Assembly: GCA_039679385.1 (NCBI GenBank)
Contig: JBDKVB010000017.1
Location: 5,399-69,398 of the forward strand
Reading direction: 5' to 3'
Length of the DNA stretch: 64,000 nt
Source of the DNA: Armatimonadia bacterium
GTDB lineage: Bacteria; Armatimonadota; Zipacnadia; Zipacnadales; JABUFB01
Both the position numbers and the translations under genes were made by a program. Below are positions 48,861 through 58,874 of this stretch, in pieces. The notes under the pieces are model-generated. The model was not told where the DNA came from and ran no database searches. It worked only from the letters and a program-made list of their open reading frames with translations. Every line of letters starts with the position of its first letter. Positions within the stretch are counted from its first letter, which is position 1.

Positions 48861-49238
48861 CTAATCGAGCATCGCCTTGATGACGTCCGTGCGGCTGACC
48901 ACACCAGCCAGGCTGCCGTCCTCCTTGAGGATAAGGGCGCGCTTGATCTTCTTCCCGGCGAGGAGCTCAGCCGCGTCCTTGATACTCGACTCGGGGCAGA
49001 TGGTGATGGGATCGGCGGTCATCACCGACTTGACAGAGGCCGTCTTGCGAGCCTGCAGCACGTCCGCTTCGCTGATCACGCCAACGACCTTCCCGGCGTC
49101 GTCGACTACCGGCAGACCGCTTACCTTCTTGGCAACCATCAACGCCATTGCGTCGCCAACCTTCTCCTTCGGGCTGCAGGTGACCAGCTTAGCCCCCTTC
49201 GTCATGATGTCCTTGACGGCTTTCTTCGCTGCTGCCAT
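48861..49238 (-). CDS. Stand-alone CBS-domain pair protein
   Basis: VKDIMT, SGLPVVD..GKVVGVISEAD, VKSVMT and GVVSRTDV motifs; strong RBS AGGAGGAAGG. Confidence 0.92.
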   Translation of the reverse strand: MAAAKKAVKDIMTKGAKLVTCSPKEKVGDAMALMVAKKVSGLPVVDDAGKVVGVISEADVLQARKTASVKSVMTADPITICPESSIKDAAELLAGKKIKRALILKEDGSLAGVVSRTDVIKAMLD

Positions 49239-49550
49239 CCGACTTCACCTTCCTCCTTCGGATTATGCAGTGCGGATGAACCGCCCCGTGCGCCGGACAC
49301 AGGACGGACCTGCACCGCCCGGCTTCCCAATGGATGACGACGGATGATAGCAGTTGAGGCACAAGGATGGCCGGCGCTCTACTGCTGCCTCAACTAGTGT
49401 GTTCGCCTCCTGATTCGAATCACCTGCAACAAAGTGCTAACGTGTCTGCCCTCTGACTCGCGCCAAGGTCTCCGAGCATCTTGCGGCGAAATGCCTCTAG
49501 CTTGTTGCACGGTTTTCGCCCTTGCGTCAGTGTCCCAGAGGAGTGATCGC

Positions 49551-50669
49551 ATGATCAGCCGCCAGGCGATGGTCGACGAGTTCTGTGAGCTGGTCCAGAT
49601 CGACAGCTTGTCCGGTAAAGAGGGACGGGTGGCCGAGGTCCTCGCGAGGAAGCTGACCGACCTTGGCCTGTCGGTGCACTTCGACAACGCTCACGAGGCC
49701 ATCAAGGGCGAGGTAGGTAACCTGATTGCCTATCTCCCCGCCACCGACGCGAGCCTGCCCACTCTCATGCTGCAGTCGCACATGGATACCGTGGCCCCGG
49801 GTGAGGGCATCCAGCCTCTCGTCAGCGACACCTATGTCACCAGCGGCAGCGACACGATTCTGGGTGCAGACGCCAAGTCTGGTATCACCGTCATCCTGCA
49901 CGCCCTGCGTGAAGTGATCGCCGCGGGTGTCCCGCACGGTGAGCTGCAGGTCGTGTTCTGCATCTCTGAGGAGACAGGCCTGCTCGGGGCCTACCACCTC
50001 GACTACACGAAGGTGAACCCGAAGTACTGCTTCGTCTTCGACGGTGGCAGGCAGCCGGGGATCATGACCACCTGCGCACCCTCGGCCTTCAAGATGACGT
50101 ACCGCCTCAAGGGCCTCGCGTCGCACGCCGGTGTGCACCCCGAGCGTGGCATCAGCGCCATCCAGGCGGCCGCCCAGGCCATCGCGCGGATGAAGCTCGG
50201 ACGCATCGACTTCGAGACGACCGCCAACATCGGCGTCATCCAGGGCGGAACCGCGCGCAACATCATCCCCGATTCCTGCACGCTTCTCGCCGAGGCCCGC
50301 AGCCACGACGAGAACAAGCTCCAGCGCCAGATGGACCACATGGCGATGTGCCTGCGGCACGCTGCTCTCGAGAGCGGAGCAGAGCTGCTCGAACCCGAGG
50401 TCCTCGCTTCCTATCGGCGGTTCTTCCTGCCCGATGACGCGGAGATTGTGCAGATCGCCTGGCGCGCTGCCGAGGCTCTCGGCTATGAGCCCAGGACTGA
50501 GGTCGGCGGCGGAGGAAGCGACGCCAACGTGTTCAACGAACGCGGCATCCCGGCGCTCATCTGTCCGACTGGTGGAGAGGGCGCTCACACTTTGCAGGAA
50601 CGTCTCGACATCGACGCCTTCGTCGGCTGCGCCCGGTTTCTGGTGCAGATCATCAGCACAGCCCGGTAG
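49551..50669 (+). CDS. M20 family metallopeptidase (peptidase T-like)
   Basis: GAGGAG RBS. SHMDTV, LGADAKSG, EETGL, SHAG..PERG, GGGSDAN and GAH motifs. Confidence 0.92.
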   Translation: MISRQAMVDEFCELVQIDSLSGKEGRVAEVLARKLTDLGLSVHFDNAHEAIKGEVGNLIAYLPATDASLPTLMLQSHMDTVAPGEGIQPLVSDTYVTSGSDTILGADAKSGITVILHALREVIAAGVPHGELQVVFCISEETGLLGAYHLDYTKVNPKYCFVFDGGRQPGIMTTCAPSAFKMTYRLKGLASHAGVHPERGISAIQAAAQAIARMKLGRIDFETTANIGVIQGGTARNIIPDSCTLLAEARSHDENKLQRQMDHMAMCLRHAALESGAELLEPEVLASYRRFFLPDDAEIVQIAWRAAEALGYEPRTEVGGGGSDANVFNERGIPALICPTGGEGAHTLQERLDIDAFVGCARFLVQIISTAR

Positions 50670-50776
50670 TCGCTGCTCGGCGGCCTTCGCTGCAGTAGCT
50701 AACCCTTGTCGCGCTGGACAGTCTTGCCGCAGCGCACCGTGCAGCCGGAGGTCACTTTCCCCAGGGAGGGACTCTC

Positions 50777-52102
50777 ATGTCTCCGCTCCAGGCCGGTATT
50801 GCGACCGTCGACATCACCCCCTACATTGGGATCTGGCTGGCCGGTTTCGCCGGCCGCAAGAAACCCAGCCAGGGAGTTCATGACCCGTTGCGCAGTCGCG
50901 CTCTCGTCCTCGAGGATGGCGAGAAGCGGCTGTGCCTGATCACCAACGACATGCTCAGCATCAACTACGAGACCGCGGATGAGATCAAGGCCGCGATCCA
51001 GGCGGAGTGCGACCTGCCACCTGAGTGCGTGATGATCAACCACAGCCACACGCATTCCGGTCCCACTGCTCGCAAGGGGGTCTCGGCGGTCGGTCACAAG
51101 CCCGACGACTGCTACATGGAAGTCTACGTGCGCAAGATCGTGAGCGCTGTGACGCTGGCGCTCCAGAACCTCCAGCCTGCGCGTCTGGGCTATGCTCGCA
51201 CGCCTGTCCAGATCGGCATCAACCGGCGAGAGCGGACGGCAGAGGGCGGCACCCGGATCGGACGCAACCCGGACCTTCCCGTGGCGCCCTACGTCGATGT
51301 CTACCGCATCGACTCGGAGTCCGGGGCTCCCCGGGCGGTCCTGTTCACCCACGCGTGCCACGCCGTAACCCGTGCAGCCGACAACTACTTCATCTCCGCC
51401 GACTACCCGGGGCAGGCGCAGGCAGTGGTCGAGACCGTGTTCCCCGGTGCGCAGGCGCTCTTCGCCCAGGGATGCGCGGGGAACATCAACTCCGAGCCCG
51501 TCGGGGGTAGCTTCGAGGACGTGTGGCGATTGGGTACCATCCTCGGCGGCGCCGTAGTCCAGGCAGCCGCCACCTGCAGACCAGAGGCCGAAGTGAAGCT
51601 GGGTTCGGTGCTGCGGTCGGTGCAGGTGCCGCTGCAGGATCCTCCGTCGCTTGAGGAGGCCCAGGCGCAGCATGAGGCGGCCGAGGCACGCCTCCGCGCC
51701 ATCGAGCAGGAGGGCGACCCGACACAGATCCGCATCCAACAGGGGACCGTGAATTGGACCGGTCGCGTTCTCAAACTTGCCGAAGATGGTGCTAAGAACC
51801 TCGGAATGCGTTATGATATACAGGCCTTCGCCCTCAATGACGCCGTGATCGTCGGGCTCGCCGGGGAGGTCTTCGTCGAGTACCAACTGAACATCGCCAA
51901 GGCCTCGCCCTTCGACTTCACCAGCGTCCTGGGCGTGACCAACGGTTGCCCCGCCTACCTTCCCACGGCCGCAGAGATGCCCTTTGGCGGGTATGAAGTC
52001 CAGGACTCGATGCGCTTCTACGGCACCACCCAGTTGGCGCCCGCCTGTGAGCAGACGATCCTGGACGCCGCTGCGGGAGTGCTGCAGGAGCTCAAGAGCT
52101 AG
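50777..52102 (+). CDS. Neutral/alkaline ceramidase N-terminal domain-like amidohydrolase
   Basis: VDITP, GVHDPL..RAL, HSHTHSGP, INRR, ACHA, SADYPG, QGCAGNIN, GEVF and GGYEV motifs. Confidence 0.85.
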   Translation: MSPLQAGIATVDITPYIGIWLAGFAGRKKPSQGVHDPLRSRALVLEDGEKRLCLITNDMLSINYETADEIKAAIQAECDLPPECVMINHSHTHSGPTARKGVSAVGHKPDDCYMEVYVRKIVSAVTLALQNLQPARLGYARTPVQIGINRRERTAEGGTRIGRNPDLPVAPYVDVYRIDSESGAPRAVLFTHACHAVTRAADNYFISADYPGQAQAVVETVFPGAQALFAQGCAGNINSEPVGGSFEDVWRLGTILGGAVVQAAATCRPEAEVKLGSVLRSVQVPLQDPPSLEEAQAQHEAAEARLRAIEQEGDPTQIRIQQGTVNWTGRVLKLAEDGAKNLGMRYDIQAFALNDAVIVGLAGEVFVEYQLNIAKASPFDFTSVLGVTNGCPAYLPTAAEMPFGGYEVQDSMRFYGTTQLAPACEQTILDAAAGVLQELKS

Positions 52103-52150
52103 GCACGGCCACCACAGCGGAGTGCACCGAAGGCTTCAGGAGAGAGCATA

Positions 52151-53038
52151 GTGATCAACCCCTTCAAACTGCCGGGACGCTTCCTGCGGGGAAACCTGCA
52201 CTTGCATACGACGGTCTCTGATGGCGATCTGGCGCCACAGCAGGCTGTTGACCTGTACCGTGAACATGGCTACGACTTCCTGGCCATCACCGATCATGGG
52301 CGGCTGGTTCCGCCGAGCTCCCTCCGCGCCGAAGGTATCACCTTGCTGCCGGGCATGGAGCTCCACCCGGGACAGGGCGAACTCGGTCAGGCTCACCATG
52401 TGGTCGCCATCGGCATGGAGACGCCCATCGAGGTGCCCCAGACGCAGTCGCTGCAGACCGGGCTGGCCCACATCGTTTCCCGCTGCCGCTTCGCCTTCAT
52501 TGCCCATCCCTACTGGACCTCGGTCACCTATCGTGACCTGCTGGGCATGGGTGGGCACATCGGCATCGAGGTGTTCAACTACACCTGCGAGGTGGGGATC
52601 GGTCGCGGAACCAGCGATGAGACCTGGGATGCGCTTCTCGCGCGGGGCGAGCGCTGCCTGGGCTTTGCCGTCGACGATGCCCACATGCATTACCCGGACG
52701 CCCTCGGCGGCTGGATCATGCTCAAGTCGGCCAACACCGAGGCGGAGTCGATCATCAGCGCGATCATGTCCGGCGCCTTCTACGCCAGCAGTGGCCCGTC
52801 GATCGAAGACGTGACCTTCCACGACGGGCACGTGACGGTACGCTGCTCGCCCTGTCAGTCCGTGCATGTGATCTGTCCGCAGCCGGGTGCAGGGACGAAC
52901 TCGCGCCGTTCGGGACCAACCGCTACACCGATCACCGAAGTCACCCTGCCGGTCTCCGAAAAGTGGACCACGGTCCGAATCGAGTGTGTGGACCTGCAGG
53001 GACGCAGGGCCTGGTCGAACCCCTTTTGGTTTGACTGA
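52151..53038 (+). CDS. PHP-domain (CehA/McbA-like) metallohydrolase
   Basis: GNLHLHTTVSDG, LAITDH, IAHPYW, IEVFN, DDAH and C-terminal AWSNP. Confidence 0.88.
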   Translation: MINPFKLPGRFLRGNLHLHTTVSDGDLAPQQAVDLYREHGYDFLAITDHGRLVPPSSLRAEGITLLPGMELHPGQGELGQAHHVVAIGMETPIEVPQTQSLQTGLAHIVSRCRFAFIAHPYWTSVTYRDLLGMGGHIGIEVFNYTCEVGIGRGTSDETWDALLARGERCLGFAVDDAHMHYPDALGGWIMLKSANTEAESIISAIMSGAFYASSGPSIEDVTFHDGHVTVRCSPCQSVHVICPQPGAGTNSRRSGPTATPITEVTLPVSEKWTTVRIECVDLQGRRAWSNPFWFD

Positions 53039-53142
53039 TCCACGCGGAAACATGTGGTAACCGGCTGCACAGGCCTCGGCCTTCAGTCGACGGGAAGGCC
53101 GGACCTCCCGCGTGAGGAGCGGGGCGTCACCAGGAGCAGAGT

Positions 53143-55260
53143 GTGCACGACGACGAACCGGGAGGCCCACGGCGGGCTTCGTACAACTGGACGCTTGGGG
53201 TCCTGGTGGCCTACCTGGTGCTCGCAGCTATCTTGCGGTGCTTCGGTCTGACCTGGGGATTTCCGTACTCGGCGTCTTCGGAGGAGTGTCTGGCGCTGGA
53301 GGCTGCCCGGCACCTCGGTGCCGGTCCTGGCGGCCTGGATGGCTCCTTCTCGGCCTTCGGGACCCTTCCTCTCTATCTGACCTTGCTGGGCGCAGGTGTT
53401 GTGCGTGTCCTGGGGAGCCTCGGCGGTCACGTCTGGGCTGAGGGCGAGGACCTGCTCCTTGCCGGCCGCGGGCTGTCGGCTGTGGCGGACCTGATCTGCG
53501 TCTACCTGGTATTTCTGATCGGTCGAAGGGGAGGCCGTCAGGTCGCACTCTGGGGTGCCGCCCTGTACGCCGTGGCCCTGATTGGCGTGCGTGCCTCGCA
53601 CTTCGCCGCACCGGCGGCGGTCGCCACCTGTGTGTTGGTCCTCTATGTGTACGCCATACTCAGGCTCGCGGAGTACCCCTCGCCTCGAGCCTATGCGCTG
53701 ACCGGCCTGGCTCTGGGAGCGGTTGCTGCGACCAGACTGGTGATGGTGCCCGTCGCGGTTCTGGGGCTGGTTGTCCTCGCTTTGCAGATCCGTGAAGCCT
53801 CCCACCACGGTGGGGACCCGCGTCCCTTCCGCATGGCCGCTGCTGCACGCTGGATTCGTGGCGGCCTCGCCGCCTTCGTGGTCCTCTGTCTGCTTCCCGT
53901 GTCGGTCTGGGAGGTAGGTAGGCGCGGCTTCAAGACCCAGATGAGCAGCGCCCTCGTTGATACGGTTGACTCCTCGCGCATCGACGCCCACAGTCCTGAG
54001 TTCTGGGCCTCGCAGGTCGACTCCGTGTACAACGGCATCGCGCTTGTGCTGATGGCGGTCGCAGTCGTCGGCCTGCTCAGCGCCCTCGGAGTCTTGCTGT
54101 GGATCTCGCATGAGCGAGGTCCGCGCACTTGCTATGAGGCTTTTGTCCGCCTGCGCAACCTCGGCCTCCACCTCGGCGTCGCGGCAGGAGTGTTCCTGGT
54201 CCTGACACCGGCGGCGGCTCTGCATCCCCTCGGTTACTGGGCGCCGGCGGGTCCCGGCCGCTTCACCTGGAACCTGCTCGTCGCTCTGGGGGCCTTGCGG
54301 CCCTGGCCAGTTGCCACGCTGCACTTCGCCCACACCTGGCCGGTTGTGTACCAGCTCCTCCACGTATGGCCCTACGCCTTCGGAGTCCCACTCGCCCTTC
54401 TCTTGCTGGGGGCGTTGGTCTGGGGTCTTGTGGCATTGCTTCGGGGCACGGCCGGCTCCCTGTGGCCTGTCGCTCTTGGCGCGCTGCTGGTGACCGGCGC
54501 CGGTAGTCTGCTATCGGTGAAGACCGTCAGCTACCTGTCGCCGGCAGCTCCTCTGCTGTGCGTACTGGCGGGCGCCATGATCGCGAGCTGGTACCGGGGT
54601 GCCTCGGGACTCAAGGCCTGGGGAGTATCGCTGTCGGCCGGCCTGGTGGTGCTGCTCTCGCTGGCCTGGACCGTGGGCTACCTGGGGATCTATCGCGTGC
54701 CGGACAACCGACTCGCGGCCATCGAGTGGCTCGCCAGTCACGCCCGGCCCGGGGAGCTGGTTCTGGTAGAGCGGGATGAGGCCTGGAGTCCCGATCTTCT
54801 CGCCGCCCTCAAGGACAGGGGCCCTTACCGGGTTGAGCGCTATGAGCCCCTGGCTGTCATGCAGGACCGCCCTGAGGGTTGGAACGAGGATGATGTCCGC
54901 GCCAAGAGGGCCTACCTGCAGTCGCGGCTGTCAGAGGCTGACTGGCTTGTTCTGACCGACACCAACCGCTCACGCATGGCCACTCTCAAGCGCCAGTTTC
55001 CGGTCATCAATGACTTCTACGAGGGGCTACGGCAGAAAAGGACACCCTTCACAGAAGCTGCTGCCTTCGCGGCTGGACCTTCGCTTCTGGGGTTGACGCT
55101 GGAGGATTCGGGCGCCGAACTGAGCTTTCGCATGGCCGACCATCCGACCGTGCGGCTGTATCGCCGTACAGCGCCCGCACCCCAGGCCATGCCCGCGGCG
55201 AGTCAGCAAAAAAGGCCGAACCCCGTCACCAAGGACAGGGCTCGGCCCAGATCGAGCTAA
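53143..55260 (+). CDS. GT-C fold (ArnT/PMT, GT39/83-like) membrane glycosyltransferase
   Basis: LR..GLTWG.P..EE, FGTLP.Y, GR..SA.AD, SHF, ATR and DHPTV motifs, many TM segments and a C-terminal soluble domain. Confidence 0.7.
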   Translation: MHDDEPGGPRRASYNWTLGVLVAYLVLAAILRCFGLTWGFPYSASSEECLALEAARHLGAGPGGLDGSFSAFGTLPLYLTLLGAGVVRVLGSLGGHVWAEGEDLLLAGRGLSAVADLICVYLVFLIGRRGGRQVALWGAALYAVALIGVRASHFAAPAAVATCVLVLYVYAILRLAEYPSPRAYALTGLALGAVAATRLVMVPVAVLGLVVLALQIREASHHGGDPRPFRMAAAARWIRGGLAAFVVLCLLPVSVWEVGRRGFKTQMSSALVDTVDSSRIDAHSPEFWASQVDSVYNGIALVLMAVAVVGLLSALGVLLWISHERGPRTCYEAFVRLRNLGLHLGVAAGVFLVLTPAAALHPLGYWAPAGPGRFTWNLLVALGALRPWPVATLHFAHTWPVVYQLLHVWPYAFGVPLALLLLGALVWGLVALLRGTAGSLWPVALGALLVTGAGSLLSVKTVSYLSPAAPLLCVLAGAMIASWYRGASGLKAWGVSLSAGLVVLLSLAWTVGYLGIYRVPDNRLAAIEWLASHARPGELVLVERDEAWSPDLLAALKDRGPYRVERYEPLAVMQDRPEGWNEDDVRAKRAYLQSRLSEADWLVLTDTNRSRMATLKRQFPVINDFYEGLRQKRTPFTEAAAFAAGPSLLGLTLEDSGAELSFRMADHPTVRLYRRTAPAPQAMPAASQQKRPNPVTKDRARPRSS

Positions 55261-55272
55261 TCGACCGACAGG

Positions 55273-55977
55273 TTAGTCGCTGATCTCGAACTTGTAGCCA
55301 ACACCCCAGACAGTGGCCAGACTCCAGGGCAGATCGCGACCCTCTTCGAGCTTCTTCCGCAGTCGCTTGACGTGGGTGTCCACAGTGCGCAGGTCCCCGC
55401 CGGGCGTATTGTAGCCCCAGACTTCCTCCACGATCTCCTCGCGGGTGAACACGCGGCGCGGCTGTGAGGACAGGTGGAACAGCAGGTCGAACTCTTTCGG
55501 AGTGAGGTGAACTTCCTCGCCCTCCAGGCGGACGGAACGCGTCGGAAGGTCGATCTCCAAAGACGGGTAGACCATGTGCTTCTTCTGGGCTGCCGCCTTC
55601 TCAGTGATAACGGTGCGGCGCAGCATGGCGCGCACACGAGCTACCAACTCGCGCGGACCAAAGGGCTTGACCACATAGTCGTCAGCACCCAGTTCGAGAC
55701 CGACGACCTTGTCAACCTCTTCCTGGCGAGCAGTCAGCATGATGACCGGAATCTCGTGCCGCGCGCGAATTCGCCGGCACACCTCAAGGCCGTCGATGCC
55801 GGGCATAATCAGGTCGAGCAGCACCAGGTCGGGCTGTGCCGTCTCCAGCAGTTCGAGCCCCTTCTCCCCATCCGTAGCCTCAACAACCTGATAGCCCTCG
55901 TTCCGAAGCACGGTCGTGACCAGCACGCGATCCTGCTCCTCGTCCTCAATAACCAGGATCTTGTCCTTCTCCACCAA
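55273..55977 (-). CDS. OmpR/PhoB-family response regulator (no adjacent kinase)
   Basis: ILVIEDE, LLDLIMP, MLTAR, GADDY.VKPF, LTPKEFDLL, RTVDTHVKRLRKK and TVWGVGYKF motifs. Confidence 0.95.
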   Translation of the reverse strand: MVEKDKILVIEDEEQDRVLVTTVLRNEGYQVVEATDGEKGLELLETAQPDLVLLDLIMPGIDGLEVCRRIRARHEIPVIMLTARQEEVDKVVGLELGADDYVVKPFGPRELVARVRAMLRRTVITEKAAAQKKHMVYPSLEIDLPTRSVRLEGEEVHLTPKEFDLLFHLSSQPRRVFTREEIVEEVWGYNTPGGDLRTVDTHVKRLRKKLEEGRDLPWSLATVWGVGYKFEISD

Positions 55978-56283
55978 CTCGGATCATCCTTTCCAGACTA
56001 CTCGCTGACAACGCCTCGTTCACAACCGGAATCGGCGGTGTTTAGGTATTGTGAACACCATACCACACTTCACATCCGCCTGCAACCAGAAACATGCGCC
56101 ACAGCCGCGAGTCGCTTACATCCCTCCTGTCGCGTTCTGCGGACGGCGATAGACTAAGATGAAGGTCCCTGTTGTGCCCGTTAGGAAAACCAGAGCCGCT
56201 CGGCGAGAGGGATGCGACCCTTCGGGGAGGAAGAGGACCTCGTACCGCTGCAGCGTGGCGCAGCAGTCTTCCGGGAGGTGCTG

Positions 56284-57366
56284 GTGGCCTTGCCTCGTCG
56301 CATCGCACGTAACCTGACAGCCCTGATCCTGCTTTCTGCACCGGCGGTCGTTTGCGCGCAACAGCCGAAAGCGCCGCCGACCAACGCCGCACCGGTGGAC
56401 TCCTCACCGACGCAAGCGGCCCTGGGAGCGCTGGTTACCCCGCAGACCCTGGCTGAGCGGATCGGCACCCTCGTGCTGATTCTCCTCGTCTCCTATGTGT
56501 GTTACCGCGTCATCCTCGGGAGCCTGCGCAAGGCCATGAAGGCCGCCCAGGCCCGAGCCGAGAACCTGACCGGTGCTGCTCGGCAGCGGCAGCAGCGCGC
56601 CGTGACTCTCATCGCCCTCCTTAGTAACATCGTGCGCTGGACAATCACCTTCCTGGCACTCATCTGGGCCCTGGCAGCACTCGGGATCAACCTGGTACCC
56701 GTGCTGACCGGCGTGGGCTTTCTGGGCGCCGCCATCGCTTTCGGCTCGCAAGCCCTGGTGCGGGACATCGTCAGCGGCTTCTTCATGCTTCTGGAGGGCC
56801 AGTACACCGTTGGCGACTACGTGGAGCTCAACGGCAAGTTCGGCATGGTGCAGACGGTCGGACTGCGCACCACGGTGCTGCGGGACACCCGAAACCAGAT
56901 TCACCACATCCCCAACGGTTCCATCACAGTCTGCACCGTCTACGAGCAGCACTCCGTCAGCTACGTGCTTCACGTGCCCCTGCCGGATGCCGCCGATGCC
57001 GAGGCAGCCATGCAGGCCCTCGAGGCCGCCGGCGAGGTCGCCCGGCAGCAGCTTCCCGAGTACCTGCTTGCCGCGGGGCCAGCACGGATCGCGCCCGGCG
57101 CAGACACCTTCGCCGAAGTCGTGCTGCCCTTCTCGGTTTTCCCAACCCAGGAGTGGGTGGCGACGACCGAGCTACCCGCTCGGGCCAAGGCGGCACTCAC
57201 CCGAGCCGGGATCACGCTCCCCGAAGGCAGCACTCCCTACGCTCAGCCCGATCTGTCTGATATGCCCGTCCCGCCGATGGAGGAACTCCGGGTCGAAGGC
57301 AAGGGCACGGAAACGCCTGGGCCGGACTCGGAGGAAGACCAGGCCACGGGGGATGAACATGCCTAG
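56284..57366 (+). CDS. MscS-family mechanosensitive channel
   Basis: G.AIAFGSQALVRDIVSG, QYTVGDYV, GLRTT and HIPNG motifs. Start is uncertain (GTG 56284 after GGAGG; the ORF is open from 56212). Confidence 0.9.
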   Translation: MALPRRIARNLTALILLSAPAVVCAQQPKAPPTNAAPVDSSPTQAALGALVTPQTLAERIGTLVLILLVSYVCYRVILGSLRKAMKAAQARAENLTGAARQRQQRAVTLIALLSNIVRWTITFLALIWALAALGINLVPVLTGVGFLGAAIAFGSQALVRDIVSGFFMLLEGQYTVGDYVELNGKFGMVQTVGLRTTVLRDTRNQIHHIPNGSITVCTVYEQHSVSYVLHVPLPDAADAEAAMQALEAAGEVARQQLPEYLLAAGPARIAPGADTFAEVVLPFSVFPTQEWVATTELPARAKAALTRAGITLPEGSTPYAQPDLSDMPVPPMEELRVEGKGTETPGPDSEEDQATGDEHA

Positions 57367-58381
57367 CGTCCTCAGCCAGAGGCTGCGCCGGGATCTGGGC
57401 ATGACCGTTGCGGTCTGGTTCGCCCCGGATACAGCGCCGGAGACCGCCCTGGGATTCCTGCGCCAAACCCTCGACGATGCGGAGCTCTTCGTGGACCCGC
57501 AGAACGTGGTGCTGGTCGTGGACGGGTGTCCGGGGGCTGTGGATCCGGTTCTGAGGGCGGCCGAGGAGATGCAGGAGCGGTGCGGGAGCTCCCCGCGAGT
57601 CGACGTACAGGAGCAGAACCTCGGGCAAGGTGGCGCGGTGGCTCGCGGGCTCGAGGTGCTTCTGGACACCACTGAGGCCCAGTATCTTTGTACGCGAGAC
57701 GTAGACGGTGACCACGACCTCTACGATCTTCCGCAACTGGCACGCCGGTTGGAGCAACTGCGGGACAGCGAAGGCCAGGAGGGGGTCTTCGTGGTTGGCA
57801 GTCGTGCAGATCGTCATCGGCCGATGGGGTATGCTCGCGGAGAGCTGGAGGAGTTGCTCAATGAGGTGACGGTGCAGACGCTCACAGCCCTTGGCTCGCC
57901 GCCTGACCTGAGGCACTGCCGGCTGTACGAAGGCTACGCCGACTTCCAGAGCGGGTACAAGGTCTACACGCGCCAGACCGCGCAAGAGGCGGCTCAGGCC
58001 CTGCGCGTGGCGGACGCAACAGAGCCCTCAGAGGAAGTGCTGCGCTGGGGCGTGCAGTTCATCAGCACCGTCGAGCTTCTGCGGCAAGGCGCGGTGCCGG
58101 CGTCCGTCAACCGCCTCACCTACGACCAGCAGCCTCAGACCACCTTCGAGGGCCATGACGACCTTCCACGAGCCTTCGGACGGCAACTGGCCTGGCTGTT
58201 CCGCCATCTCCAGGTCCGCCCGGAACTCGCCTGGCCGATCCTGGACACCGCCCTTGCCGGGACACTTCTCGCCACCGTCCCTGGCGGATCAGAGACGCTC
58301 CTGAACCTGCGCGAATACGTGGCGCAGCACACCTGGAGGCAGTCCGCTCCCCGACCCTGGCCGAGGGGCATGATGTTCTGA
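57359..58381 (+). CDS. Glycosyltransferase family 2 (GT-A)-like protein
   Basis: LVVDG, NLGQGGAV..G, RDVDGDH (DxD), VVGSR and DFQSGYK motifs. Overlaps the mscS-family stop by 8 nt. Confidence 0.75.
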   Translation: MPSVLSQRLRRDLGMTVAVWFAPDTAPETALGFLRQTLDDAELFVDPQNVVLVVDGCPGAVDPVLRAAEEMQERCGSSPRVDVQEQNLGQGGAVARGLEVLLDTTEAQYLCTRDVDGDHDLYDLPQLARRLEQLRDSEGQEGVFVVGSRADRHRPMGYARGELEELLNEVTVQTLTALGSPPDLRHCRLYEGYADFQSGYKVYTRQTAQEAAQALRVADATEPSEEVLRWGVQFISTVELLRQGAVPASVNRLTYDQQPQTTFEGHDDLPRAFGRQLAWLFRHLQVRPELAWPILDTALAGTLLATVPGGSETLLNLREYVAQHTWRQSAPRPWPRGMMF

Positions 58382-58845
58382 TGTCGGCACAGTCTGTTCT
58401 GGGGAACCTGCGCCGGTGGCTGCAGGGGATTCTGACCGTGCCGGAGATCCCGCTGGCAACGGGAGAGAGTCGCCGCCGAGCCCCAGAGGTGCCGCGCTCA
58501 CACCTTGGCACAGGGGCCGAGGAGGCTGCCCTGCGTCACCTGAGGGCGAAGGGTCTGCGCCTCATGTGCAGGAATCGCGCCAACGTCTGCGGCGAGCTTG
58601 ACCTGGTGATGGAGCAGGGAGAGACGGTGGTGATCGTCGAGGTCCGGGCCAGGACGGTCGGCTCGGCGGTCTCCAGCCATGATGCGGTCGGCCCGCAGAA
58701 GCTGGCGAAGGTCAGACGGACGGCCGAGCTGTTCCTGCGCCAGCACAGACTTGAGAAGCGCAAGGTGCGGCTGGATGTCGTCGCGGTGGAGATGAGCCAC
58801 CAGGGTACAGTCACCAGCCTGGAACACTTCGAAGCCGTGGCCTGA
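58381..58845 (+). CDS. yraN: YraN (UPF0102) endonuclease-like protein
   Basis: LG..AEEAA..HL..KG....RN, GELDLV, VEVRAR and RLDVVAV motifs; TGATG coupling with the upstream gene. Confidence 0.9.
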   Translation: MSAQSVLGNLRRWLQGILTVPEIPLATGESRRRAPEVPRSHLGTGAEEAALRHLRAKGLRLMCRNRANVCGELDLVMEQGETVVIVEVRARTVGSAVSSHDAVGPQKLAKVRRTAELFLRQHRLEKRKVRLDVVAVEMSHQGTVTSLEHFEAVA

Positions 58846-58874
58846 AGCCGGAACAGCTCGACCTGATCCGTGCG

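Noticed and set aside
49290-49335. Cobalamin-riboswitch-like GGGAAG...GGTGCAGGTCCG on the minus strand
   Set aside because: Spacing is wrong, no B12 box is visible, and the downstream gene is unrelated to cobalamin.
49414-49440. Possible CIRCE (HrcA) operator
   Set aside because: Only the right arm (AAGTGCTAA) resembles the consensus; the left arm matches 4 of 9 positions.
56049-56074. Rex operator (TTGTGAA-N4-TTCACAA)
   Set aside because: The half-sites are 13 nt apart rather than 4.
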